In this document: positions 51,101 to 64,000 of the stretch, in pieces
How the letters are laid out: the number at the start of each line of letters is the position of its first letter
How positions within the stretch are numbered: position 1 is the stretch's first letter
From: Ramazzottius varieornatus
Taxonomy: Eukaryota; Animalia; Tardigrada
Reading direction: 5' to 3'
DNA length: 64,000 nt
NCBI GenBank assembly: GCA_001949185.1
Contig: BDGG01000005.1
Location: 620,001 to 684,000 of the forward strand
The notes under the pieces: model-generated
Seen by the model: the letters and a program-made list of their open reading frames with translations, nothing else
The model's database searches: none
What the model was told of the DNA's origin: nothing
Position numbers and translations under genes: made by a program

Positions 51101-51996
51101 TCACAAGGGGGTTTCGGGGCGTTTAGCCAGGAACTCTTTGATACCCTTTAAGTTGTGGACGCGATCCTGATGAGCCTTCAACAAAGGAAACGGGTCCAAC
51201 AGGTCCGACTTCAATCGCTGAGCCTCGTCCAACAACTAAACCAAAAATTTTTCGTTAGAATCATTGAACCGGTATTGAGTCAAGATTGAAGTGAATGGAA
51301 CTCACCTGAACGACAACGAAGTCAGCCCAACTTGGCTTGGTTCCCACCAGGTAGTCGCTTCCGGACTTGTTGTGCTGCAGAGTCTTCTCGAAGGTGCTCA
51401 AAAAAGGCTTGACGGTGGTCCCAGTGTACTCCTCTCGTGCAGCTTGTGCCTTCTTCTCGTCCTTGGCCATGAAAGCTTGCACGTAAGTGCTGAAGCCTTT
51501 GGCAGCATCTAAAGCAAACAAAGGGATGTTTACTTCCTTGTCGACAAATTAGCAAATTCTCTTCTTCAGCGAACGATTTTGCCTACCGTAAACCTATAAT
51601 GTGTCAAAAGATAATCAGAAAGACCTCACCTGCAGCATAATCAGCCAAAGCGTCAACTTGTCCTTCCTCCCAAGCGTTTGTTCCGGCAAGACCATGCTGT
51701 AGATAATAGTATACGATCAAGCGTCAAGACTAATGTTGATGTAGCATGTTGCAAACTGCTTGACTTACCTGTCTCGAGAGATATCGAGCAATAGCATAGG
51801 TCTGGGCCAGAGGTTCCTTTCCTTCGATCTCGATGTAGGGAAGCTGTCCGAATGGGGTGGTAGCTTTGATGGCTGGCCATTCTGCAAACTCGATGCGATG
51901 GTCCACCCATTCCTGTCCACTGTAGCTCAAGATCCAGCGGATCAGCTCGCCGCGAGCTCGCAGATTGAAGTAGTGGAGGGTGACCTTGGGAGCCAT
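51101..51996 (-). CDS. Glutathione S-transferase, sigma-like (GST-D), convergent with GST-C
   Basis: MAPKVTLHYFNLRARGELIRWIL; TPFGQLPYIEI; YLVGTKPSWADF; GIKEFLAKRPETPL*. Confidence 0.94.
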
Positions 51997-52624
51997 CGTA
52001 CCTACAGAAGACGGGAGAGAACGACTCGGGGATAGTCAAGCGCGAAGGAGTCGAAGGAAGAGGCGATGATGCTTTCGAAATCGGATGGAAACTTGAGACG
52101 AGCAAATAGCTTCCAGCTGGCTGCACCGCCCCAGACTGCAAGGCGGTACAAAATTCAGAGCTGATTACACCGGCCGTAACCCTCCAGGTGGCGCACTGTG
52201 GAGTTCATACAAACCGCCGGTACCGATGGAACTTCCCCCTCGACAATCCCGGTCAAAGAAGCCAAGTCCAAACTCAGATTCTGCTCGCAGGACGTGAAAA
52301 TTGAGAAATATTACATTCAGCGGATGGCAAGTATAATCTAGTCTATTTCGTATCATACTTCCATCTCAGTTTCGTGACAGCAATAAAATTAAAGGAAGTT
52401 TTGGAGAAAAATTAAGCCACATGGAAAATGCGACAACGCAGACAACACACGTTCGAAGCTGTCAAAAATAAGTTCAAACTTCAATTTTGATCCCCTGTGT
52501 TGAGCAGTCCCGGTAAAATGGAAGCAATAACTCATCACCGTGTGAGATTCGAAAAAACAAACACAAGGCAAAAATGCAGAGCCTCAGCGAACAAAATATC
52601 AAACTACAACGCTAACAGTCTAAC

Positions 52625-54613
52625 TCAACAAGAGGATTCAAAAGAACTAAAACCGCCAAACAACGCGTCGGAGGTCCGCAGCGCCGGACTTGGCCAGCTC
52701 CCAAACAATGAAAAGGGAGAAACTTTCTTTCGTAGCACATCCACGAACTGTACTTCGTTAAAGAACCTTTCGCGCTTGATGGCATCGAAATCTTTCAGCC
52801 GTCGGTCGGGATCTTTCTTGAGCAACTGTCCCAACAAAGAGACTGCACTCGGAGATCTCTGCAAACTTTCACACTCTTCCCATCCAATGTAGCAATGTTG
52901 AGCGACCTTCTTGCTCATCTGGAAATGGTCTTCCTCAGCTTCCAACGGGTACCTTCGAGAGAACTGGACAATAAATCCTCAATCATAACTATCCAAGCAG
53001 CGCATGTTTTCGGTATTAACTTACGGAAACGTGCGCAAGTTGGGTTTAACGACTATATATAAGCGACTTTATCGGGTCTGGTCGACGCGCTTTCAGACAC
53101 TGGCACTGTTTCTTCAAATCATAATAGTTGAAGGTGTTTCGTGATACCTTCCCATAAGCAGACGGTAGAGCAGAATACCATACGACCACCAGTCGGCTGT
53201 GACCCCATAGCCTCCGCCATTCATGACTTCCGGTGCCATGTATTCCAGGGTTCCGCAAATGGTTCTCGCTCGGTTACAAGATACCAGCTTGGCCAGTCCG
53301 AAGTCTGCTAGCTTCAGATGTCCGTTACTATCGACAAGGACGTTGGCTAACTTCAGGTCTCGATGGAGTGCGCCGCACTTGTGAAGGTGATCCAGCGCCA
53401 TCCCTATTTCCGCGGCCCAGACTTGAACAACTTGTTCAGGGAAGGAGCCACAACGATGAGCGAGCTTGTCCAAATCACCCCCTTTTACGAATGGCGCCAC
53501 TGTAATGGAAAGAAAAGACAATAGAACACATGTATGTGTTTCGGTATACGCGGTTTGGATAGTTGCATTCAAAGAAAAATGATCTTGAATGGAGGTACAC
53601 TTACGGATGCAGACGTGCGTGCGTGTTTGCCAGCTATCAACAGCGCCCAGGAGGAAGGGATGATGACAGCATTCTTTCTGGATGTGCACTTCCTGCTTGA
53701 CCTGCTCAATCAAGCCCGTGTTGTGCATGAGGACACTCTTGGAAATTTGCTTCAGCGCATATCGTTGGCCATCACCGAGGAAAAGAACTCTGGACACACT
53801 GCTGAAACACCCTTTACTCAGCCAGGTCTCGAACTAATGAACAAAATCGGGCCATTGTTAGCAAATTGACATTGCAGAACGTTCATCACAAACTCTTTCA
53901 CGAACATGAAATAATAATTATTCCACTGTGTACAATGAGGATTACCCGAGGTTCTTCTCTGTGGCGCGTTCGTCTAGGAAATTGAGGATAGAACAGCGAG
54001 TCTTTCACAGTAATCGGCCAAGGCGTCTCTGAAGAATTCTTCAAAGAAGGTACATACAGCTGTGCACCAGAAGAGTCATTTCCAGAGTCTTCGCCATCAC
54101 TGGAATGGAAGTTGGACCAGCGACAAGGAGAGCGGCCTCGTTCAGAACGTTTGAAGCTCGCCATACTCCTGCCAGATGAGCACGTCGATGCCGTAGAAGC
54201 TGAACCACTACCATAGTCACTGTCATCCTGCTCCTGGAAGACAGGACAACTTAGTCAACAATTCAGGAAATGAATGATACTACTGTATCACGGAAACAAC
54301 TCGATCAATTTTCATGCACGCATACCTCTGTTGTCCGACCATCACGGAAGGAGTCCTCGATAATGGGCGTGACTCTTAGCAGGGTAACAGAGCGACACGA
54401 AGAAGACGCAAGGCTGTCGGCAAGGCGTTTGCTGTTCCGGAAAGGATAGAACTCTGGAGAGCGCAACTTGGGAAGCTGGGGAAAAAATTTCTTGTGAGTG
54501 CGACACGGTCCGCCATTCCAAAGTCTGTCGAAGGCATTTCTTTTCGAGGCGTAGCCAGTCCTGGGGGCAGCTTCAGCATGACCTTTCTGCAGCGTTGATC
54601 GTTGGTTTCCCAT
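52625..54613 (-). CDS. RSKR: Ribosomal protein S6 kinase-related protein (SGK494-like AGC kinase)
   Basis: PWPITVKDSLFYPQFP N-terminal signature; YALKQISK; HRDLKLANVL; DFGLAK; TICGTLEYMAPE; DWWSYG. Confidence 0.85.
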
Positions 54614-55232
54614 CACAGCATGTAAGAAGATGGCAGATGTAATTTGCAAAATAGTCCGAACAGGACAAATCTAAAATCATACATCAACGTGGCTGATTGT
54701 GGCACATAATCAGCTGGCATGGGAGCCTGCTGCTTCCACAGCTCATACGACGATCGCAGATGTAACCGAGTGCCACTCCCTGATTCCGATCCATTGCATT
54801 AGATTCGATCGATACGTTGCTGAATGCCGATAGCCTGATACACTTGGTCCCGCCGGAGAACACATCGCGGATTGCAGAACCAATGTAATTCGGTACCTTC
54901 CACCTTCCAGCCCGATACTCCTCTGAAGGAAGTGTCAACAACGGGGTTGGAACTTGGAAGTCAGACCCCGAGAGATATACACAAAAGAAACAGCGGAGTA
55001 ACTGTCGAATTTTGTGACGATAAAACTTTGCTTTTATTCGAAACAGCCTTAATCAACCACTGCAATCACAAAACACCCTGGTTGATTGATCGAAATTGCC
55101 GAGCCGCTCAGTAATCGCAAATGCTCGGTTGCTACAAAAGGGATTTTGAGCAATCAAGGTGTTGTGGTCTTCCCGATTTATGTCTGTAGCATTTTCTTCC
55201 TCCTTACTTCAGACCTCACTGCTCTCATCAGG

Positions 55233-56012
55233 ATGAACGTCTTACGGGGAATCCGTCATTACTCGAACAACATCACCCGATCTGCTTCTCACGCAGCTCA
55301 CCCTCACCAAGTTCAGCAACAAGGCGTCAAGGTTGGAAGTGGACGGAACGATGGATGGGGACGAGCAGATCCATCCCATCACGGTAAGATTTCAAATCTT
55401 TCTATATGAAACGACGGCCTTACTTGCTGGGAAAGTCTGTGGAGCACTCGAAAAGTTGCTTCGAGTGTTTGGCTGGTGGTCGGGAAGTAAGATAGACTGT
55501 TCAGGCGATCGGCTATGCACTCATTGTACTGATGCTGTGATCAACTAACAAACCAACATCCTTCTTATTTGCAGCTAATTCCAAACTATGGAGGAACCTC
55601 TCATTGTTCGTGGCAGGTCCAGCCGTTATTGTGATGTCCATCTATACCTATATGGTGGAAAAGGAACACATGGCTCACCCCGAGCATTCACGACCACCAT
55701 TCGTTGCTTATGAGTACCTCCATCGGCGTACCAAGGTAGTATCGACATGATTTCATATACGAAGTTTAGTTTAGCTTCTGGTTCATGTTGCGATGATGTG
55801 CTCTGACTCGTTACTTCTGGTTGCAGCCGTTTCCCTGGGGAGGTACGTGGAGTAATCCTAAATGATTTACCTCCTAAGTGGTCATGTTAGTCGCCTTTAT
55901 ACATAACTATGCTTTTCTAGACGGAAACCACTCGCTGTTCCATAACCCATGGAAGAACGCTCTTCCCGACGGATACGAGACCGAGCTGCCCGAAAGCACT
56001 GGTCACCATTAG
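55233..56012 (+). CDS. COX6A: Cytochrome c oxidase subunit 6A (4 exons incl. 16-nt micro-exon 55827-55842)
   Basis: [15 protein letters not shown]; [40 protein letters not shown]. Confidence 0.95.
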
Positions 56013-56566
56013 AAACCATCGTCGAAATCTGCGTGATACGTATAGTTCAAACTATTATATTACACTGGTATTACCGTTTTACGTGTCGTGTGCAAGTTTT
56101 TGTGTTCTTACCAATAACGTGTCGAAGACTTGAAGTTATCGCTGCTGCCTGGCCTTTACCGCTTCTTTGAGCTATCTAGCTCAATTCCCTCTTATTCGAA
56201 CCTGATTCAGCGTCAACACGCTAGATACGTAGATGGACCGAATAACGGGATGGTGGCAAGTTTGCGTTTATGAAAGTACATAAAATAATAAGTTTAATAG
56301 TTCGAAGATTATCGCTTGGGTATATCGTGAAGTTAAGCAACAAAGAACAGTGAGGTAAAAAAGATGCCAAAATCGAAGGACTTACTAGTAAAATCTAACG
56401 GTTGATGTTGTTAGAAGTGAAGGTCTCGGATCTTTCAACTCCATGCAAGTTATTACAAAAAGGTACGAGGTTCTTCGAAAAAGACTACGCTTAGAAAAGT
56501 CTTCTTCCTGAAGAATCCAGACAAGCAGAATCACAAGTTCAGCAAAAGAAAGTGTAAGAAAGCGCC

Positions 56567-59500
56567 TTATCTGTAAGTCCGGTCCCTCTTTCCTTCCGAG
56601 TCATCGTGGTCTTCTCCGTCCTTCCCATTAGGCGGAAAGTCTAGCGTCCGACTCTTCTTGACCGTTTTTCGTTCCTTCCTCCTATCCCTGGCTCGATCAT
56701 GCTCCAAGTCCGGACTTCTCGGCGACGAATGACCACTCGAACGAGGTTGTTGTTGAGCAAGGACTTGCTGCTTGAAGGCTTCCAGTGAAGGAGGTGGCGG
56801 ACCAGGTGGAAAGCCCACACCAGAGAACATCATGGGCGACGTGGCCATCATCCCCGGTGGCGTTATTCCATTCGTTATCGGTGGTACATTCTCTCCATGT
56901 CGCTTGCATACCTCTTCCAGCTGCTGCTTCACAGCCCAAGCTTCCTGTCGAGCCATTAGGGCGTCACGTTGAGACTTGTCGGCAGCTGCGCGGAATGTCT
57001 GACAGCGAATCTGAATCTGTGTTTCTCGATCTCGTTTGACGCTTTCCAGTTCGTCTTGTAAACGACTCACTTGCTTTCTAGCGTTTCGCAACTCGTCAGT
57101 CTTCTCTTGGAGTTCTCGTGAAGCGGACACTCCACCCGCAGCTTCGGTCGCGCGCATCTTGCGGATTTCTTCCTCCTTCTCGGTCAACAGCTGCCGTAAC
57201 AACCGGACGTTACTGCTTGCTTCGTCTCGCTCCGCTTGTAATTGTCCGACTTTGGCTGCCGCTTCGTTCACCTCCCGTTGCAGGCGCTCCATTCGAGTCT
57301 TATCTTCCCGAGACAGTCCGTTGCTCTGGCTGTTATTCCTTCTCAAAACCTCACACTCGTTCTCCAACTGAGAGATTCTCTGCTTCAACCTCACCACTTC
57401 TTGCACAGCTTCGGAATCTACGTGAGCATGCCCACCGTTCATATTACGGACAGCTTCAGCAGCTTTCTGGTTCAACTTGCGCTCGGCATCCACCAGCCGT
57501 TGCGCCGTATCTTCCAGGCTTCTCTTCGTTACATCCCTGTCGTTCGCCACCAGCGTCAACTCAGTCGTCACTTCGTTGTTCTTGGTCAAGATAGAAGCAT
57601 AGGTTTCACGTTGATCTCTCAGTACCTTCTCGTTCGAGTCCAACTGCCCTCTCATAGTCTGCAACATGTGCTGCAGCTCTGCGCACTTGGTACACGGTCC
57701 TACGGGGGGACTGACTGTAGTAGGCGGTAGTCCAACTATTTGATTCCCATGCGTAGGACCACCAAACATGGGCAACGGTACCGTTGGTGGCATGTAGGGT
57801 GGTGGCGCGACCGGTGAATTCTTGCCACCAGCTTTTGTGTGTTCTTCGTTCTCTTTCAGCAACACCTTGACTTGTTCTCTCAACGCCAACATTTCCGTCT
57901 CTTTCTTGTAATCATACTCTTCAAAGCCCTTCTCCATGGTCTTTCGCACACCGCGGTCAGCAGCGGCAGACATCATACTGATCAGTGCCAAGGCGGCAAA
58001 GACCAGCATACCACCGAGACGAAGGCCTCCCGAAAGCGTCTCGAACTCTGTCACCGCGTACAGCCACCCATGCAGCAACGTATCCATCACCACGTGTGCG
58101 AACCCGGAAGAAGCTGAGGCATTATGAGCCAACAACTCAGGGGAAGGAACGTGATCAGTCACGTGCGTTAGTTGCTCGCACGACTCTCCCCCTTTCGCCG
58201 AACAGGAACCTTCCAGACCTTCGTCATGACTATGGTCGTGATCATGATGTGAGTGATCGTGGCCATGGTCGTCATGATGGTCGTGTACTTCTCCGGCGTT
58301 AATGCGCCGTTGGTCACGCGAATTCATTTGATCAGGTCTTGGACGATTATACCGTTCGCTCTCGTCAATGGCCTTCTGTTCTTCAGAGTTTGTCGATATC
58401 CGGCTGCTATCGAAGTTTTCGACCATGGGTATCTTCGGCGCTTGGGTCGCCGTGGAAGGATCCAGCTGACCTGGAATAGGGAAGCCTTCAGAGGGTTGTC
58501 GGTCAAGATCTTCGAGAAACAGGTTCTTGGGTTGGATTCCCTCGATTCGAGTCTGAACCAAAGCAGCGTAGTCTACTGGTGACTGCGTAGCATTCTCGGG
58601 AGGGATATACGTTATACGGGAAGCCGAGAGTTGCTTACCCGTTCCAGTGCTATTCAGCACTGCCACCTCGTCCGTCTTCGATCCTTTGGATGAAAGGTGC
58701 ATCGTCAGCTCCATTTCCGGTTCTTTTGTGGCAGGATTTTCGGCTTCAACCTTAGTGTCGGTCTCCGGGAAAGGAGTACTTGTGGGTGCTACTCTCGGTT
58801 CTTTGGCTGCTTGAACGAGTGAAGGCGGCGACGTCCCTGAGCCATCCTGGGAGTGATCATGACCGGAATGGTCGTGACGGTGGTCATCATGAGAATGTCT
58901 ATGCGAGTGACCACCGTGACTGTGGTCGTGGTGACTGTGACCATGACCTGGATTATGGTTATGATGTCGGTGTCGAACGAAACCTGTGGTATTGATCACA
59001 GGTAGAGGGTTGATCTTCTGCAACCCCGACAACCCTAACTTCTCTCCCGTTGGATCTTGGTGTGTGACGATGGGTTCCGGAATAGGCAGCGGTACTTCCT
59101 TCCCAACCGGACTGAGTGTGGTCGATTCTTGTCCGGACGAAGCGGTCGGCTTGATTTCGGTAGATGGGTTGTTAACGGCTTGCGAAGAGAGAGTAGTTAT
59201 CTTTGTGACCGGAAGACTGTTGAGTTGAGGAGTAGCTTCAGTCTTTTCAGGAGTAGGCGGTGCTGAGACTTTACTTCCGGTCAGTTCGCCGGCTAACTGG
59301 CCCAGATCGGGATGACTTGGGACAGCGAAAGGTAATGTGTCTCCTTGCGCCGGCGAATGATCTTTCTTGTTTTCGAGAGAGGTATCTCTCGCCTCAGAAA
59401 GCTGAGATGGTTCGCCTTCTATGGATTTCGGCGGTACAGGAGACTCTACACAAAACAGCAGACTATTGGAGAAGGTACTCATTGCATAAGCAAGTGACAG

Positions 59501-61020
59501 AACAAAGAAACCCGAAGTGATACCAGTGCTCTTCGTGTCACCAACATCGACGACGTTCTCGTCAACTGGACCTGTTTCCGCTTCACGAAGAGAAGAAGCT
59601 GGTGGAGGTGCGGCTGGGGGCTCAGAAAGTTTTGCGACAGCAGAGTCAGTGGTGAGGCTCTTCGCCAGTGCGTCGTCGTTAACGACACCGCTGCCTGTGG
59701 TCGACGTCGATGGAACAGTTTCCGGGGACGCCGGAACGGATGGAACTGATGCCGGAGAACCTGGTGGGTCTTTGCTCGGAACTCCTGCAGCGGTTTCTAC
59801 AAGGAGGAAACAGCAACCTCGTGAATAAGGTAAATCACCCGGAAGAAACCGAGTAAGACTGACTCAATATCATCAGCTGTCCAAGACGAAATTTCACGAA
59901 AACCTATTAAATAGAGTATCTGTTGATAAATTACCTGTAACACCAGTTGTGTCTGTAACAGCGTTCTGTCCAGAATCGCCAACAGTGGTTCCTACAAAGC
60001 AAAGAAGACATGATGTCAATACAGTAAAATTACAACACGATTGGAAGTTTCGCTGTTTGGATCGAACCGTACGTAACCAGGAATGGCAGAGTCAAAATAG
60101 CATCACACTATACCCTGAGTTTTGGAACTATCCGCAACCACATTGTCCACTTTCTTATCAACAATACCACCCGGCATAATAGTGGTCGGGAGCGAGTCAC
60201 TTCTACTAGGAGCCGTTACAGCTTCTTGAACAGGAATCACTAGCGTGTCGACTGGTGGTACCGCTGTCTTTGGCGGTCCACTTTCTCCACCTAGTGGAAT
60301 ACCAGGTGTTGAAGTTATCTTGTCGTCTTGAGCAGGTGGAGCAGTCAATGTTTCAGGGTTCGAAGCGTGGGGTTCCGCGTTCTGGCTTGGAACACTCTCC
60401 ATAGCCACAATCTCGTCTTCCGGCAAGACAATCGGTCCTTCCATCGTCACAAAGTTCTCTCCTTCCCCCATATAACTCTTCGAAGCATCGAACAACGTCC
60501 TAGGAATATATCCACGTTGTCCCTTTACCTGAAAAACAACATCCCATAGTACAACATTCCATATTACATCTACTTAGCATTATACATCCAGTATACTATA
60601 TACTATATACACCAAACCGGAAACGTTTATTGAACCAAGCACAACTGCAAGTCACCTACCTCAACTTCCAGAATGCTGGGCCTGTTTGACTGTTTGAACG
60701 CTAAGATATTGTCTCCGACATTAACAGGTATGTAGCCATGGTTGACAACTAGCTTTGATGGATTGTAATCGTATCCTGCCGTTCCTTCGGCTACCGGACC
60801 TGTAGGACGACATTATTACAGAAACATCAGACACGAATCACACGATGGCCGTTCGAGGTTGACAGTATCCTCTAGTCTTACTTCGACATGCAGGATCTTT
60901 GCAGTACCAAGTAACTGCTGAAACATCGTCCGCAAGGAAAATGTTATACAAGAAGACAAGCACGGCATATCTGAATCTGCGGAGCATGCGGAATCCACGT
61001 AGCAGTCGTGCTCGCAGCAT
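56567..61020 (-). CDS. Tango1: TANGO1/MIA3-like ER exit-site cargo receptor
   Basis: Signal peptide, then MIA-type SH3 (YCKDPACRSPVAEGTAGYDY...VGDNILAF...VKGQRGYIPRTL), long P/T/S/E-rich lumenal region with His tracts, hydrophobic segments, long coiled coil and PPP-rich tail. Confidence 0.8.
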
Positions 61021-61433
61021 TCTGCTGCCGCTTCTGCTGCTGCTGCTCCTGGCTTTGACTTCCGGTCGGCAGCAATGCTCCAGCGGATAGAAGACTGGTT
61101 CTCACGATCGCATTCTTCTTGGCGACGATGAAAGCCCTTATGAGTTACAATTAGAAAGTACACAACGATCTGTCACCGCGGATTACTACATCAGGAAGAT
61201 TCTAATTAGAATAAGATACGGAAAGTTGATAGTTTGCTGCAGGTGCGACTGCACCGACCGAACTCCGTCACGTAACCAGGCACATCCGCCTCGCTTGTGC
61301 GTTCGTGTTGGAGGCAACGCATACCTTCGCTGCGAGGGAAAGGTTGTAAACTTAGCCGCCCTATATCGGGTTTGCAAAGTTAGCCACGGCGATAGCGCCC
61401 ATAGCTTGATTGACTATTTGATGGTCAGTCTTG

Positions 61434-61873
61434 TAGTGTTGTGCATTACACGCAGATGGTCCGTGTAATGTGAAGTGTAATGTAAAATAGTGTAATTACA
61501 TTTTACATTAGTTTAAATTTTACAGACCGAGCGGTTTTTAACGCCTGAAAGTGACAAGGAGCGACGAAAACGACGAACCAGCTATGTCTATGTTTGCATA
61601 GAATATAGATCTTAGTAATTGTCTTCCAGACAAAGATAAAAATACGGTTGCAGAATGACCATACTCGGGAAGTTTTTGACATTTTTCTGCGCAAGTCAGC
61701 CGAATTTTAGATTTCTGGCGGCAAAATACTCAAAAATACCGCAGATTCTGGCAGGTAAAAGTGGTAGTTACGTTTTAAATTTACATTACAACTTCCCCGT
61801 GGTTGTAATGTCGTGTAAAAGTGGAATTGTAATGTAAAATGTAATATAATGTAAAATGTAATGCTCATCATTA
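61434..61873. mobile_element. hAT-type MITE, 440 bp, between Tango1 and BiP
   Basis: TIR TAGTGTTGTGCATTACA / TGTAATGCTCATCATTA (14/17); perfect 8-bp TSD CAGTCTTG (61426-61433, 61874-61881); TGTAAT subterminal repeats. Confidence 0.88.
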
Positions 61874-62042
61874 CAGTCTTGACTTTTTGACATGGTATTT
61901 CAACGTGTTTTTAATTGCGGATCTCTTGGATTCTCTGAATCTTCACGTTGACTGTAATCAGAATCATTCAATAGCTCCTTATTTTATCTATCGATCTATC
62001 CATAAACGTTTGGGAGTAAGTAGGACAAAACAGGCAAACTTG

Positions 62043-62114
62043 GACGGCTAACTTTACAAACCCATTATAAGACGGCTAACTTTACAAACCCATTATGAGA
62101 CGGCTAACTTTACA
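62043..62114. repeat. 28-bp tandem repeat, ~2.6 copies
   Basis: GACGGCTAACTTTACAAACCCATTAT(A/G)A at 62043, 62071 and partial at 62099. Confidence 0.85.
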
Positions 62115-62873
62115 TCCTTTCCCTTGTAGATGAGGCGAGGTGTGCGAAGCGGTGCCGGTTGATTTACGGTGCGGATAGCCGAGATCAGAAAAGATTCTAG
62201 TCTTTACTTCCTGGAGTAAAACGTACCAGCGGGTCCCGCGCTGAACTCGCGGACGGACATTGGTATTGCCGAATCTCGACGTGATTAAACTGACACAGCA
62301 TGGCTTTCATTGCTGTTTTTAGCGCCACCAAGGTTGTTCCGGAACAAAGCATGGAACGTAGCCGAGATCGCCCGGTCCGACGGGTCGACACCAGGATCAA
62401 ACGAGGTTCAAGAACTCAACCGAGCTCTGTCTTCGAAACTAGGCTTTTGGGGCGAAATGCGTCCAGATTTTATTCAGACATTTCATATTTCTTTTTATTG
62501 CGAAGAACCGTTGTCCAGAAGTTCGGGAGCAGATTCGGGATCTCTATCAACCTGTATACCCTCTACGAAGGACGCGGTTAAGAAAAAAGTCATCAGCCAC
62601 GCACTCAAAAAGGCTGCTTCCTTCCATTAATCTTGATTTGCGGAGTTCAATTATACGCAGGTTCTAAAGAAGTAAAACTACTCCATAAATGATCTCGAAG
62701 CTTCTCATAACGTTGAGAAATTTCGATGAGGACAGTGGCGCGGTTCATTCACCTCACCAGAAACTACTGATTTGGCCGCAAGCTTTTAGGGTCTGCTCAT
62801 ACAAAGCCGTTTGTACGACGTAAACAAACGTACGTACAAACCACCGGATTGCAACGCAATGTGCCAAATTGCC

Positions 62874-62990
62874 ATTGGTCCACGTGGGGTACTGGCCACG
62901 CCTTCCAACGTGGCAATCCAGGAGTGGCCTTGTGACGTCGGAGCTACGCCATCGACCATCGGCCCCCTGTTTAAATTGTCCTTGACGTGG
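62874..62990 (+). promoter_or_regulatory. Unfolded-protein-response elements in the BiP promoter (ERSE-II and UPRE)
   Basis: Exact ERSE-II ATTGG-T-CCACG at 62874-62884; UPRE TGACGTGG at 62983-62990; extra GCCACG, ACGTGG and TGACGT cores between. Confidence 0.75.
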
Positions 62991-63187
62991 CTGTATTTTC
63001 CCCATTTCACCACATAGACACCGACATTTCTGACCGACTGTCCTGTGTCCTCCAGAAGTTTCCATCGTTTCCCGTTTTTATTTCTGTCGAAATAGAATCG
63101 TCATCGTCTAGGAAACTCTGTAGAGAAGTTTGTTAGAACGGAGTATACCGTACCGTGTTTTCCCTTTCAGATTTCCCTTTGACCAAG

Positions 63188-64000
63188 ATGTGGAGAACGT
63201 GTCGGAACATTGGAGTTATCCTCCTTGGACTTTTCGTCCTATCCACCTTCGCCGCGGATAAGAAGGCGGACAAGGCTGAAGACGTGGGTACCGTAATCGG
63301 TATCGATCTCGGAACGACCTATTCCTGTGTCGGAGTGTACAAGTAAGTCAGCATTGAAAATGTCATCCAGATGGGATTGGAAACTGGGGATGTTTGAACT
63401 TAGTTGATTGACGTTAAATTTGATCAACAGGAATGGTCGCGTGGAAATTATCGCCAATGACCAAGGAAACCGCATCACCCCGTCCTACGTTGCCTTTACT
63501 AGCGAAGGAGAACGTCTAGTGGGAGATGCTGCCAAGAATCAGCTGACTTCCAACCCAGAGAACACCGTTTTTGACGTGAAGCGGTTGATCGGTCGCGAAT
63601 GGAACGACCAGAGTGTGCAGGCTGACATCAAACACTACCCCTTCAAGGTGGTCAACAAAGGTGGTAAGCCTAACGTGGAAGTGTCCGTGTCGGGCAGCAA
63701 GAAAGTCTTCACCCCCGAAGAAATCAGCGCCATGATCCTGGGGAAGATGAAGGAGGTGGCCGAGGCTTATCTGGGTAAGGCTGTGACCCACGCCGTCGTC
63801 ACCGTCCCTGCCTACTTTAACGACGCACAGCGTGCTGCCACCAAGGACGCCGGTACCATTTCTGGCCTGCAGATTATGCGAATCATCAACGAACCCACCG
63901 CTGCCGCTATCGCTTACGGTTTGGACAAGAAGGGAGAGAAGAATATCCTGGTCTTTGATTTGGGTGGTGGTACCTTCGACGTGTCGCTTCTGACCATCGA
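63188..64000 (+). CDS. HSPA5: ER chaperone BiP/GRP78 (Hsp70 family), 5' part, truncated by window end
   Basis: Signal peptide, then [43 protein letters not shown]; [25 protein letters not shown]; [39 protein letters not shown]. Confidence 0.97.

Noticed and set aside
1502-56012. COX5B and COX6A in the same window as a complex IV cluster
   Set aside because: They are 53 kb apart with ~20 unrelated genes between; no evidence of linkage.
62043-62114. 28-bp repeats of CRISPR-like length
   Set aside because: The units are contiguous with no spacers, there are no cas genes and the context is eukaryotic; it is a simple minisatellite.

Overview
Gene-dense eukaryotic (animal) genomic DNA with ~47% GC and many 60-150 bp GT-AG introns. 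The style fits a compact invertebrate genome such as a tardigrade (inference only). Recognisable spliced genes, in order: COX5B, a pogo/Tigger-derived HTH-DDE gene, gcm, two tandem sigma GSTs, HACD, SLC37A, KATNAL2, PRKRIP1, a stand-alone HDAC6-type ZnF-UBP gene missed by the ORF track, Drosha, LRP2BP, two caspase-like genes, MTR4/MTREX, two more GSTs, RSKR/SGK494, COX6A, TANGO1-like and the 5' part of BiP/HSPA5. A nest of hAT elements (25.6-30.2 kb) and several MITEs with visible TIRs/TSDs are also present. The most unusual content is a set of 'catalytically stripped' modules: two RNase H1 hybrid-binding-domain-only paralogs next to two pseudo-caspases (one with a myristoylation-type N-terminus), a deacetylase-less HDAC6 ubiquitin-binding finger, and a domesticated transposase that has lost all three catalytic aspartates. 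Exon boundaries were read by eye and are approximate where stated.
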